Assembly: GCF_009914755.1 (NCBI RefSeq) | Contig: NC_060929.1 | DNA length: 64,000 bases | Origin: the human T2T-CHM13v2.0 reference genome, Homo sapiens | Direction: 5' to 3' (one strand) | Shown here: piece after piece, positions 37,990 to 52,130 of the stretch | Layout: each line of letters opens with the position of its first letter | Numbering within the stretch: the stretch's first letter is position 1 | The notes under the pieces: model-generated | What the model was told of the DNA's origin: nothing | What the model saw: the letters and a program-made list of their open reading frames with translations, nothing else | Database searches by the model: none | Program-made: the position numbers and the translations under genes

Positions 37990-39119
37990 GCTTAGATCAG
38001 CCATCTGGATGTTAAAAAAAAATGGCCACAAATGATTATTTTGGTCTGTGGCATAATTACAATTTGGTTGTTTTTCCTGATAGGAACAGACCAGCAGGTT
38101 CACGTGCTGCTTGTGGCAGCTTCTGGAATGTCATGAAAAGCCTTGTCATTAGCTATATACTGATGTAGGTCTTCCCATTTTGCCCTGGCAGGCAGTATTA
38201 TTCAGGTGTATACTAAAAACAAGGGTCCTCTCTGAACATTCATTTTGTTTTGTCAGAAGCTTATTTTTATCAACTTTGATTTTCATAGTGGTATCATAAG
38301 GTCTTTCTTTTAGAAATTGTCCTGTGAAGTAGAGATGACAGAAACTGAAACTAACCAGTTACTGACATGCAACTCAGTATATTAAATATAATAATTAAGA
38401 CTACAGAATATGATGAGGTTTAAGCATTGTGATAAAGTTTGCTTTGCTTAGCCTTGAAAATCATTGGTGATCTTTTATTTTCCTTCATGATTACTAAGCT
38501 CACATGTTCTAGAGTCAGAAGGTCTGGGTTCACATTCTGCCTCCACTTACCTAACATTGATGGAATTATTTAAATACTCGAAGCTTCAGTTTCTTCATCT
38601 GTGAAGTGGGATAATAACTGAACATATCTAATTGTATCAGGGTTTTGTGAAGAATAAATGAGGTTATGAATGTAACCCATAATGTTAGCTGCTGATAGTA
38701 ATCCTATTAGTACTGTTACTACCACCAGTACTCCTGTGGTTAGTAGATAACCCAGAGATGCATTTATGATGGGTCTCTAATTTGTATGCCACTCTGTCAT
38801 CTCAATGGGGAAAAGGAAGATAAGATTTCTCTTTCTCTTCTTATGGTTTTAGTACCTCTGATATATATCATTTGTATAGGTAAAATATAAAAGGTAATAT
38901 TTGTATAAGTAAAATATAAGTAATATTTGAGTGCCTACTGTTTGCCAGGCACTAGCCAGCATATTCATACCCTCAGAACCCTTAGAGTGCCTCCTTTATT
39001 CAAATGTATGTCTTAATTAGTATGGTTCTTTGCCATGATCATTACCCTACCCAAGGAAGGATCACTTACTTGGTTTATAGTAAGACTTGGGTTTGAATCC
39101 TGACTATGCCACTAAACTA

Positions 39120-39392
<273 letters not shown>

Positions 39393-39705
39393 TTAGAAGA
39401 TTTGAGGATTAATTAAGACAGTGTTTATCAAGTACCTAGAATAATATCAGGTGCTTAGTAGATGCTCAATAAAGGGTAGGTCTGCTTTTCTAATTTCTCC
39501 CTTTAGGGTGCCAAGAGAAACTGGCAGTGGGGTTGAAAGCAAATTGAGTTGTCAGTATCTTTTGTTTTATAAGAGATTCTTTAATAATCTATCTGAAAGC
39601 AGCACACTTCACTCTTCTGTCCCCCAGCAAATTTTTTAAGTAGATTTTTTTTGAAAGAAGCTTATTTTATGTTTTATGTAGCATAATTAAAATGCCATGA
39701 TTGTC

Positions 39706-39981
39706 TTTTTTTTTTTGAGATGGAGTCTCGCTCTAACGCCAGGCTGGAGTGCAATGGTGTGATCTCAGCTCACTGCAACCCCGCCTCCCAGGTTCAAACG
39801 ATTCTCCTGCCTCAGCCTCCCAAGTAGCTGGGGTTACAGGCACCTGCCACCACGCCCAGCTAATTTTTGTATTTTTTCACCATGTTGTGGGCAGGCTGGT
39901 CTCGAACTCCTGACCTTGTGATCTGCCCACCTCGGCCTCCCAAAGTGCTGGGATTACAGGTGTGAGCCACTGTACCCAGCT
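39706..39981 (-). mobile_element. Alu (AluS-type)
   Basis: Antisense dimer; tgattgtc TSD. Confidence 0.93.
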
Positions 39982-40048
39982 GTGATTGTCCTTTTAAGAC
40001 TCTAAGTGATCATTTTCTTACTAATTGATCACTGACCCTTGCCTTTTT

Positions 40049-40102
40049 GTGGGCAAAAGTGATGGACTTTGATTAGTGGGCAAAAGTGATGGACTTTGAT
40101 TA
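40049..40102. repeat. Perfect tandem duplication, 2 x 27 bp (GTGGGCAAAAGTGATGGACTTTGATTA)
   Basis: 40049-40075 is identical to 40076-40102. Confidence 0.96.
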
Positions 40103-41349
40103 ATAAATTCTCATCCTTATTTTTGGTTCCTGCCATAATTGTCATAATTTAAACTGTAAATCTTGAAAGAACAAGACATGTTAGGATATCAAAAAGCTAG
40201 AATACAAATGTATTTTGGAGTTAGGACAGGGACATCAGAGATCCAATCAAACCACTCCTTTTATGGACCAGAAAAGAGGTATAAAGGACGAAAGTGCCCA
40301 AGCTCATAAAATACGACAGGCAGAGTTGAAGCTTCCTAGTGTCTAATGCCCATTCCACTCATTTATGCTAATGTTCATGTTTTGGTCATTAGCTCAAGTT
40401 CAATCAAGAAGAGCATCACCTAACAAGGTTTCTATTTTACAGTTAATCTTTGGGAAATGGATTCTAGAAAATAGGTCAGTGGTTATATTTGATCCAATTA
40501 ACAATTTAAAAAGGCAAAATTGAAGAATGAAATATGGAAATCAAAGCACTCTTATTCTTTTGATTTGACTCTTTCGTTGTTGCATAGGAAAACCAGCATT
40601 GTTTGTACTGTTCTTATACTTTGGGTTTGTTTATCTGTGTCCCCTTTATCTATTTCCTAATGGTACAGACACATTTTAGGATTTTTTTAAATTAGTTGTT
40701 AAAAATGGACAGAAAAGATCAGTGAGGGAGTAAATCAAGAATGGCAATCTTAAAACCTGCTCTGAGAACAGAATGTTTACTTGACAAAATATGTGGCTTT
40801 TGAACTCTTTGAATTACCAAAGCATCATAAACAAAATGTTTGTAGTAAACTATACTTGCTAATAAGTTTGGGTTGTGGGGAAGAATACATATTAGACTAG
40901 GTTTGGCAAGAATGAAGTACTTGTGTCATCGGACCTTATACCTTGCAGCAGTCTGTGGAGGCAGTTTCCTTCTGAGTCCCTGTAGAGCCTGAGAATCCTT
41001 CTCAAAACACCTTGCATCTAATAGTACCAATTGAACAAACTTTGTGTATTTGTATTTACTTGTCATCCCTGTATTAAACTGTAACAAATTATAGGAAAAA
41101 ATTAGTATCATTACTAAAAATTAGTGTAAAAAGGGTGGAGAATTTCTTTTCATTTCATAAAACATTACTGAAAATTTAAAATTTAATTTAGGATTTTAGT
41201 TTTAATGTACTTTACCAGTTAGAAGTCAGCAAAAATCTTTATGTTTCCCACAATATGCTTGGGGTGCCTATGGGGCAGGGTAGTGGGAGGAAAGTGTGGA
41301 ATAGTTTACTAAATTCCATTCATAATACCACATTTAAAAACCTATAGGT

Positions 41350-41660
41350 TGCCAGGCATGGTGGCTTACACCTGTAATCCCAGCACTCTGGGAGGCCAAG
41401 GTGGGCGGATCACAAGGTCAAGAGATCAAGACCATCCTGGCCAACATAGTGAAACCCCGTCTATACTAAAAATACAAAAATTAGTGGGGCGTGATGGCAC
41501 GCACCTTTAGTCCCAGCTACTCAGGAGGCTGAGGCAGGAGAGTTGCTTGAACCCGGGAGGCGGAGGTTGCAGTGAGCCTAGATCACGCTACTGCACTCCA
41601 GCCTGGCAACAGAGCGAGACTCCGTCTCAAAACAACAACAACAACAACAACAACAACAAA
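41350..41660 (+). mobile_element. Alu (AluSc-like) with (CAA)n tail
   Basis: ggatcacaaggtcaagagatcaagaccatcctggcc; tail of CAA repeats. Confidence 0.93.
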
Positions 41661-44079
41661 ACCTGTAGGTAGAAAAACAAAAACAAAAACTTACAGGTAA
41701 AAAGGAGGCTTCTTGACTTACTGGAAATAGTTCTTATAAAACAAACCAAACAAAACCAGTCTATATTTTTTATCAATTGCTTCTTTTCAGTGCTCTTGTC
41801 ATTCAGTGATTGCAAAATGCATGTTCCGGAAATTCATAAGGTTGCTTACTCTGTTAGTTGCATGAAAAACAACACTAAACTTAATTCCTCCCCTCCCCCA
41901 AAAGAAAACATACAGCTCTTTAGAGGGAAAGGGGGAAATATAAAGACAAATAAATCTTAAGGAAGTAGCAGAGAATATTTTAAATGTTTAAAAATTACAT
42001 GAAGGAATACATCCATTCATTGATTTAGCAAACATTTGCATGCTTTCTACCTGCCAAGACCTATGTGAGGCAGAGTAATACAGAAATACAGGACAGTGCT
42101 TCTTAACCAGTTTTACATCATGACACACATAGAAAATGATAATTTTTAAACAGAGATCATCTGCCAGGAAGCTCCTGCCACCTCAGGCTCTTTTGGACAG
42201 TCTTGTGGGCTTAGGACATGACTGACTTGGCGCACCATCACCCTGTTGTGGTAGGCATACTGGAAATATTTGATGTGAGACATAGTTCCTGCTCTTGGGA
42301 AGCTCACAGTCAGAGGACACAGCCAAGTGAACAGACACCAGGAATTATTGCCTCCAAGACTGGTTTGTGTTGGAGATGGAAATGGATGGCCCTTTTAAAG
42401 GTGTGGTTCATTGCTGAAATAGAACATATCCAGCAACTATAGAATGAGATAGTGTAATTTTATATTAACTTCTAAACCTCAAATAATGCCTCAAGTCTAC
42501 TTGGCTTCTGAAAGAATATGCAGGTTTTGACTTAATTTAGTGCTTGAAATGAGGAAGTGTAAACACAGAACAGCTTCTCTCTTTTGGGAATACTAAACCT
42601 TAGTCTGATCCTGGCCATGTATACTCCTGCCTCTCTATAGATAGATCTTGTTCAGGAGATGAGGATAATGAGGAAAGAATCCGGTGGAAGAGGTGGGGCA
42701 AAGATGTTCTGGAGGGAGTCATACCAGTTTAGAGCAGGATAGAATGGTAAGGCACGTGTTCACTCTTCCCCATCCTCATCCTCACCCTAACCTTCCCACC
42801 CCTGGGGGAAAACTTGAAATACTGTCTCTTACCTGTAATATTAGATTCTACCTAAATATACTGTCCCTGGACTCCTCAAGTTGCAGTGGTATTATAAAAC
42901 CACTCAGCGCACATTACTGAATATCTGCATGATGAGATGGGGTCAGGAGGAGTGGTCCCTATTTCAGGGAAGCAGAAGAATCATGTGGGGTAAGATGTGT
43001 TACAAAAGCACAGAAGAGAAATGTTAGGTCCATCCAAAAAAAATAAAAAATAAAAATGCTCTCAAGTGGAGGACATCCTCTGTCAGCTTAGATGTTCTAG
43101 AAGTTAGCTAGGAAAGTAGAAAAATGAAGGGGATACAATTAGGAGGTGATGTTTTAAAAAATAAAGTCAAAGCTTTGAATTTAAATTGTAATGTAAAAGG
43201 AAATATAATTGAATAGAAGTTTTAGAATTCTGCTTGCAGATTCCTTTGGGATCCCCTTTTTCTTTAATATTCTTGCAGTGGCCTTTGTGTGTTTATGTAC
43301 AGTATCCTTAAGGTGGGTCAGAGCATGTATTATTGCTTTGTCTCAGTTTAATTTTAAAATGTTTTCATCTCCTACTTTCAATGTATCAAGCTAAACCTTA
43401 ATTTTAGTTGTCTCTAGTACTCTTCATCCTGAGGAATGTCAGAGCACTTGGGATGTTGTATATTTTAGGATTCCATACCCACTCTTGAAACGCACTTGGT
43501 TAAGCTAGGGGTTTAGGTCAGCAATGTACCCCACACTCTTCCTTCCCTTTAATTTTAATGCAACAAAATCAAGCCTAATTTTGCAAGTTGAGAGTAAATA
43601 AGAATTGAGATTTTGTTTTGTTTTGTTTTGTTTTGCTTTCTCATCTAAATTCTAACTCTTATTCTAACTCTGATCCTTTTATTCTTTATTTACCAGAAGT
43701 AATGACTGGGTTGTTTGGGGACCTAATAACACGTTGCATTGGGGGCAGGGAGGGACAGAACATGCTTCAGCAGTTCTCTATTGCTATTCTCATCCTTCTC
43801 CTTAGAGAAAGCCTCGTGACAGTAATGAGAGCAGCTTCTGTGCTTCATTATTCCAGATTTATTTTTATGTTGGGGGAAGGGAGAGTCTACGAAATTTTTT
43901 TTTTTACATGATTTTTGGAAGGAAGGAGATTTTTTTTCAACTTTCTATATAGATTATTAGTTTTAAAAACAAATCTTCAGAGAAGGCAAATCATTAACAG
44001 TCAAGAACAACTTTGATAATATATAGAGATGAATAAATCAGTACTTTTATTTTCTTAAAATAAGTATATAATTTATCTT

Positions 44080-44380
<301 letters not shown>

Positions 44381-44884
44381 TCATTTTTTTTTTTGTATGC
44401 TTTACCATTTAATAGTCTTACAATCATTCGATGACTATTTTTAAACTTTGCCTTATAAGAAAATATAGCTATTTTGAACAGCACATACAGGTACCAGTCT
44501 AGCAGATAACTAGTGGGACAAGTTTGGAAAGCTTTGCCACGTTTTTGCAATCTTAAGTGATGGGAAAGAATTTTTTTTTTTTACACTTATGTAATGTTCT
44601 TAACTAATACAGAAATTCGTTTTAATGGTTTTGGCTTTCTGAATAAATGTGATGCTTTTGTTGAAATTATTGTTAGAAGTCAAATCACTCTTTGCTGAGC
44701 CCTGTGTACTTACTTTTGTGGTTTTTGATGTTTGGTGTTAATAATAACATTTAGTAATAATGTGCCTTACATAGAGAGTAAAATTGCTACTTTGTGATCT
44801 GTGTCCCATCTAATGAAACTTACTGTCCTCTTTTATATTTAAATGCTATTTTAAAAAGTGGTTTGTGGCTGTTTGTGTCTACAG

Positions 44885-44966
44885 GATCGCCCCAGGACAT
44901 TCGACATGCACTCACTGGAGAGTTCACTCATTGACATAATGAGAGCTGAAAATGATACCATTAAAG
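44885..44966 (+). CDS. CPEB4: CPEB4 coding exon 2 (82 nt, DRPRTFDMHSLESSLIDIMRAENDTIK+G; includes the described NES region LESSLIDI)
   Basis: Acceptor tgtttgtgtctacAG|GAT and donor AAAG|GTAAGT. It translates in phase 0 with exon 1 to the conserved CPEB2-4 motif MHSLESSLIDIMRAE. Too short for the ORF track. Confidence 0.96.
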
Positions 44967-45636
44967 GTAAGTTTAGAAATATACCCAATTGATTTCAGAC
45001 AATAGTTTTAAATGTGTATTAACTATTTAATCTGATACACAGTATGGCAAATATTATGGAGTCACTTTGTATGCAGTAAGTTCTATCAATTTTACACATA
45101 TACCTCTTGTTGTTAAAAAATCCAACATACTTGATGAACCTCTATAGTGGAGCCATCGTGATACCAGGTAAGAGTACTACGTGAGTACTAATTGCCAAGA
45201 ATGGGCAATTATCTCAAAGACACCAACTACATACCTTATTATTATTTTTTTTATATCTCAGGCAATAACTTCTCAGTGTCTTAGTTGTTTATGTCTACCT
45301 ACTTATGACAGTGATTATGTCCCAGGAACAGTTCACATGTTGGTAGAATTTTTGCCTACTTTCATGTTTTAAAAAATAACCAATAGTTTCAAAGTTAAAA
45401 TGAAGTTCTGTAGTTCTCAGAATTTTTTTCTATGTATTATGTTAAAAAAAAAATACTGTTTCTACATGGATTCTAGTCTCATGTTACTGACAAGTTGTGT
45501 TATCTTGAATAAGACATTCTGTTTGACTAGGCCTCAATTTCTTCACCTTTATAAAGACGTAGAATTACCCGGGTGCTTTAAAAATAAAATGTAGATGTCT
45601 GGACCCCATTCCATACATGGGGTGCGGGCTTGCATG

Positions 45637-45890
45637 TTTTTTTTTTTTTTTTGAGACGGAGTCTTGCCCTGTCGCCAGGCTGGAGTGCAGTGGCGTGATC
45701 ACTGCAAGCTCCGCCTCCCAGGCTCACGCCATTCTCCTGCCTCAGCCTCCCGAGTAGCTGGGACTACAGGCGCCCACTACCACGCCCGGCTCATTTTTTG
45801 TATTTTTAGTAGAGACGGGGTTTCACCGTGTTAGCCAGGATGGTCTCGATCTCCTGACCTAATGATCTGCCCGCCTCGGCCTCCCAAAGT
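45637..45890 (-). mobile_element. Young Alu (AluY/Sc8-like), 5'-truncated, nested in a MER5-like element
   Basis: CpG-rich; diagnostic gcaagctccgcctcc, cacgccattctcc and gttagccaggatggtctcgatctcc. The flanks (about 45560-45636 and 45891-45945) read as MER5A halves. Confidence 0.9.
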
Positions 45891-46121
45891 TATTTTTTAA
45901 TATCTCAGGTGATGCTAACATGTAGCCAAGAATGAAAATTGCAAGACTAGATATTTCCTAAGGGCCTTTCCTCTGATTTTGGGAAAAGTATCTCACAAAA
46001 TAAAACATTTTTCTGGATAAAAATATCAGTTTATTAGAAAGCAGGTTTTTTTTTTTTTTTTTTTTTTAAGAAACTTAGAATGTTTGGTATATTTGGTCAT
46101 CCCACTTAAGCTGTTGGCTCC

Positions 46122-46153
46122 TTCATTCATTCATTCATTCATTCATTCATTCA
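46122..46153. repeat. (TTCA)n tetranucleotide (L2 tail-derived)
   Basis: Eight TTCA units followed by L2-like sequence. Confidence 0.9.
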
Positions 46154-46694
46154 GTGATTCAATGTTTATGACACTGCTTTGTGCCAGACATAGAGCTTTG
46201 CACTGAGGTCAAAGGTGACAAGGCAGCCTGTTGTTTCAACTGGTGACCTGCTTAGCCTAGTTTCCCTTTGAGTTTGGCTTATCATGTTACTGATGCAGAA
46301 AAACATTTTATGTATTTTTCAGTAGACCAATAGTGATAATATTGTTTTAATGAAGAAAGCTTTTAGGTTTCTGGAGAGAGGGAAAAAAAATAATGTGTAA
46401 AAAATAGGCATCCATCTGATGTGATACCTTTGAAATAAGAATATTTGGAAGGTCTTTACTGAGTTTCTCATGGAATTCTGGTGGATGACTTTAGTGTAGA
46501 TGCATGCTATATAGCTGTGGAAAGATGATCTCCCACTCAGAATTGGCTTTATTTTTGCTACTTTTTAGCACTCTGACTTTGGGTAGTCTTCAGCCTCTTG
46601 GACCCTTTGTTTTCTCTTCAGAAAAATGAAGAGTCTAAGGTGCTATTTCTAGCACCAGAAAAATTGTACACTCTTAAAAAATAGCTAAAGGAAA

Positions 46695-46842
46695 AATATG
46701 AATAAGGTCTGTGGGTTGTACCAATGTCAATTTCCTGGTTTTGTATTATAGTTATGTAAAATGTTGCCATTTGAGAACACTGGATAAAGGGTACATGAGG
46801 CTTTCTCTGTACTACTTTTGCAACTTGCTGTGAATCTATAAT
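46695..46842 (+). mobile_element. L1MC-type 3' end fragment
   Basis: tgtaccaatgtcaatttcctggttttg...ctgtactacttttgcaacttgctgtgaatctataatt. Confidence 0.75.
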
Positions 46843-47301
46843 TAGCACTTTGGGAGGTAAAGGAGGGAGAATCACTTGAGCCCAGGAGTTTGAGACCAGC
46901 CTGGGCAACATGGCAAGACCCTGTCTCTATATAATAAAGTAATTTGAAAAAGAAAAAAACACAGACCCTGTCTTTATATAATAAAATAATTTTTTTTTTT
47001 TTTTTAAAAAGTTAAGGTCTGGTGCGGTGGCTCACGCTTATAATCCCAGCACTTTGGGAGGCTGAGGTAGAGGATGGCTGGAGCCCAGGAGTTCAAGACC
47101 AGTCTGGGCAAGATGGTGAGACCTGGTCTCTACAAACATTTAAAAAAAAAAAAAATTAGCCAGGCATAGCAACCCACACCTATGTTCCCAGTTACATGGG
47201 ACGCTGAGGCAGGAGGATCACTTGGGCCCAGAAGGTTGAGGCTGCAGTGAGCTGTGTTCCTGCTCTTTAAGACCCTGTCTCAAAAAAAAAAAAAAAAAAA
47301 A
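46843..47301 (+). mobile_element. Alu fragment (46843-46930) plus AluJ (47016-47301)
   Basis: Two sense Alu segments with A-rich tails. Confidence 0.88.
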
Positions 47302-47536
47302 GTATGGAAAAAGTAGTTAAAGAACATTTGTATATTCTTAATGTGTTTAATTCTTTCAGCACATTTTAAAAGAGCTTCCCATACACTAGGTACTACAGAT
47401 AATAAGTAATTAGAAATCATTTTCTAAGTGCCTATGGTTTTTATCACAGAAAATATAGGTTACAAACAGCAGTGGATAGAAACAACTTGTTATGTGACAT
47501 TTTAAGAAGCAAGCCTCTAACTAATACTTAGGTTAG

Positions 47537-48002
<466 letters not shown>

Positions 48003-48754
48003 TAAGTTCTCCTTACCAATTTTTACTAAATTAAGTTTCTTTAAGCTGATATTATAGGGATAATCAAAAGTTAGGTCTGATGACAAAATAAATTAAGTCT
48101 GATTGATCTAATCTGGGAACATACAGATTTTGTAAAATAGTGATTTATAGACTGCAACGTGATGGAATAGAAAGACAGTGGCTTTTGGAATCAGATCTGG
48201 TTAAACGGCCACTCTGTCACTACAGTCTGTGGTGGCTGTGAGGATGACATAATATGATGCAGCTATAGATTTCAGCGTATTGCCTAATTCATAGAAGACA
48301 CTAAAGAAATTACATGTATTATTACTAAACATGTAAGTCTGCTTTCATGCTCATCAAAAAAGCCAGCTTCAGTTTAAGTTTAGGTGCCAATCTGGCTTGA
48401 GTATATTACAGGAAGCTTGTGTGTTTTTTCCTACAAAGAGCAGTAAAGAATTCACAGATGAGTGCATGGATCTAAAATGCCAGATTATAGTTACGCTTGT
48501 TTTCTTTTTCAAACAAGACCATGACCTTTGTATCATTGTAGCCTATCACTGCCAAGACATTGTTTTTGCTCAGGGTAACATTTTATTTCTTGTCAAACTA
48601 TCTTCTGATTTAGATAGCTATTTTAGGAATACTATGCTTGATTTTAACAGTGGTTCATTCTATTGTGAAATTTTGTTTAAAGGTAATAAAGATAATAAAA
48701 TTTGAATAACTTAAAAAAACACATTGTCATTTTGAAATAGGTATCTAACACCTA

Positions 48755-49181
<427 letters not shown>

Positions 49182-51814
49182 TCAGAAAAAAAAATTAAAA
49201 GATTTGATTGTTTTAGACTTTACAATTCAAAGACAACTTTAATAATCTTAAAAATAATTTCATAAAAAATTATGAATGACCTCATTTATTTTTCTCTTTC
49301 ATTTCTGGTTCCTCATAGGTATGCAGTTTGTGTGTGTATGTGTTTAATACGGCCTAAAATTGCTACGGGAACTACCAGTTGAATCTATTGGTGTGGCTAT
49401 TATTAACTTAAATTTTCAAAAGAGCTAGAAAACTTAATTTGTATTTTTCATTTTGGAACAAAAAAATTCCCTTACTGTAATGCGGTTAAAAAACTTTATT
49501 TTTACTATCAACAAAATGCTTAATAGTCCTAGGAACGTTCAAGTACAGTTTTTGAATTTCTTTATGAATGTGTTATTGATTCCAACTGGTTTGTTGGAAA
49601 ACTTATTTTTTTTTAAACAAATGTTCAAAGGAGTACATAGCTTTCATAATTCGTATTAGGTTTTTTTATAACTTATTTTTAATTGCTTTTCTAAGAATTT
49701 TGAGGCTACTATGATTTTTTCTATGTACAGGGATTTAGCTCTTTGTGCGGTGGGGAAAGGGTTCTCCTCATTCCTTATCTCCCTGTCCTTTCTCTGGTCA
49801 GCTGGCAAGTCTGGATGTTATTTTTATCCGCGAAATTGTGTATTGCCTTCTCCATAACCAACACCAGTGACAATCCTCAGAAGCTCTTCCCCAGAGACCG
49901 AATTCATTTTCTTTGCTGCACACTCAGTCTCATAAGCTTAGAGCCTGAGCTACAGGCTGATTTTGAATTTTGATCTCCCAGGTGGCAGCTTGTGCATTGC
50001 TACAATATTATTAGGCTTATCAAGTTTTTCTTCACCTGGACAGAAAACTATTTTATTGCTGTAGATGCCTAGATGATTATTTGGGGAATATTGTATCTTA
50101 TTGTTATGCATGTTTTTTCTCGCTTATGAAATTGGTACTTGTTACTTAGAAATGGAGCAGCATGAAATAGATTAAAACCACATGCGAGTACATCTGTTTT
50201 CAGCCTTCTGAAGCATAGGTTGGACACAGTGAAATAAAGATTCATGAGTTAGTATTATATTCAGTGTATAGAGAGACCTCTGAAAATTAGGGAGCCTTTT
50301 TTTCTTTTCTGTATGTGAAGGGAATAAAGAGACAAAAATAGTGCTTAAAAATTAGACGTCAGACAGAATATAACAATCCACAGTTTCATGATAGTGGTTG
50401 AGTATTTTAAATTCAATATATGAAAACAATATAATATTCAATTTGCTTCATTTCACTAGAAAGCCAAAATGAGACAGCAAAATTATTGAGAGAACAAAGG
50501 CAATCTACAGACTGTCAAAACATTATAGTTGTTCTTCAGATATGAAATTATGACTTAGATATCATATTATTCCTTTGAATAGTGTGAAAATGGAGTCTTT
50601 TTCTCTTCATATTGTTGTAGAATATATGTTGCTTTCAGATTTTTGAAAGAAAGGCTCAACATATCCACCACAATTCCTCTGAGTTTCAGGCATTTCAAGT
50701 ACTTAATTTGAATGTAAGCAATAATGATTGCATTCAGAAATGCAAGTTGTTTAAAGTGCCAGTCTTTTACATATCCCCATGGTGCCCAGGAAACCTATTG
50801 CATATGTAGAGGAAGTAGTGGAAGCATGTTATACATCACTGCCTCACGTGTTTCATGCATCGCTTTATTTTAAGAGCTATGGATCTACTCCAAAAATGCT
50901 ATGTATTTAATTCCTGACTGCCAAAGGTGTTGTGACCTTGCATTTTAAAACACTTTCATATTTTTTCTTGCTTTATCTACGTGTTAAATTTAGAGACCCT
51001 TCCCTGACTATTTTTCATTGCTGTAAATTTGTTTGAAACAAATGCTTAAATGAGTGGGCAAGTGATGATTCCATCTGTGCTTCTTTTCTTTGTTGCTAAG
51101 CAAAAGAATTTATAATAACCTTTCTAGAAGAAAATCATGAAACTCAAGTTGAAAGTTTAGTACACAAAGCTTGTTTCATCAGTTTTATAAAAGTTTTTTT
51201 TATATCATTGTAAGAGAGTGGCTGTGGGGATTATTTAAATTCTGTATCTTTACAGTTGGGATAGAATTTAGTGCTACTTAAAAATATGTAATAAATAATA
51301 GGAAACCTTAACTTTTCTTTCGATACACCATTTTACTAATATTCCTATATTCCAAATTGCAGTCACTTAGTTGACTTAGAGAACACATGTTGTATACTGG
51401 TAGAGAGGCATTAGAACAAGTATTTTATACAGATACTGACTCTGTGCAGGCTGAAATAGCTCTAGAAACCTGCTATGAGAGTTGCTAAATTTTGTCACTT
51501 ATTTATTTCATATGTTATAAATTTGAAGTAATTTGGGGATAAATAATTTTTTTTCAAAATGAAAGGAAGTCCTACTAAAATAGGTTCTGTTGCTTTAATA
51601 TTAGAATGATTTATTTCAGGTAGGAATGGTGGGGAGAGTATATAATTTCTTACAGTATTTAACCTTTTTCTATTTAAATTGGTTTGCCTGTGGCAAAATA
51701 AGAACAGATTACTGGTACCCTAACCTCCAACCTTTTTAAAGGATTAGATGGACATTTTCCTTTAAGGGACATTTAATGGGGCAGATTCAAAGTACCATAA
51801 AGAAGAAGTGGATA

Positions 51815-52130
<316 letters not shown>

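Noticed and set aside
46916-46992. 30-bp near-duplicate AGACCCTGTCT(C/T)TATATAATAAA(G/A)TAATTT
   Set aside because: Local duplication of an Alu 3' end and tail within an Alu cluster; no sign of function.
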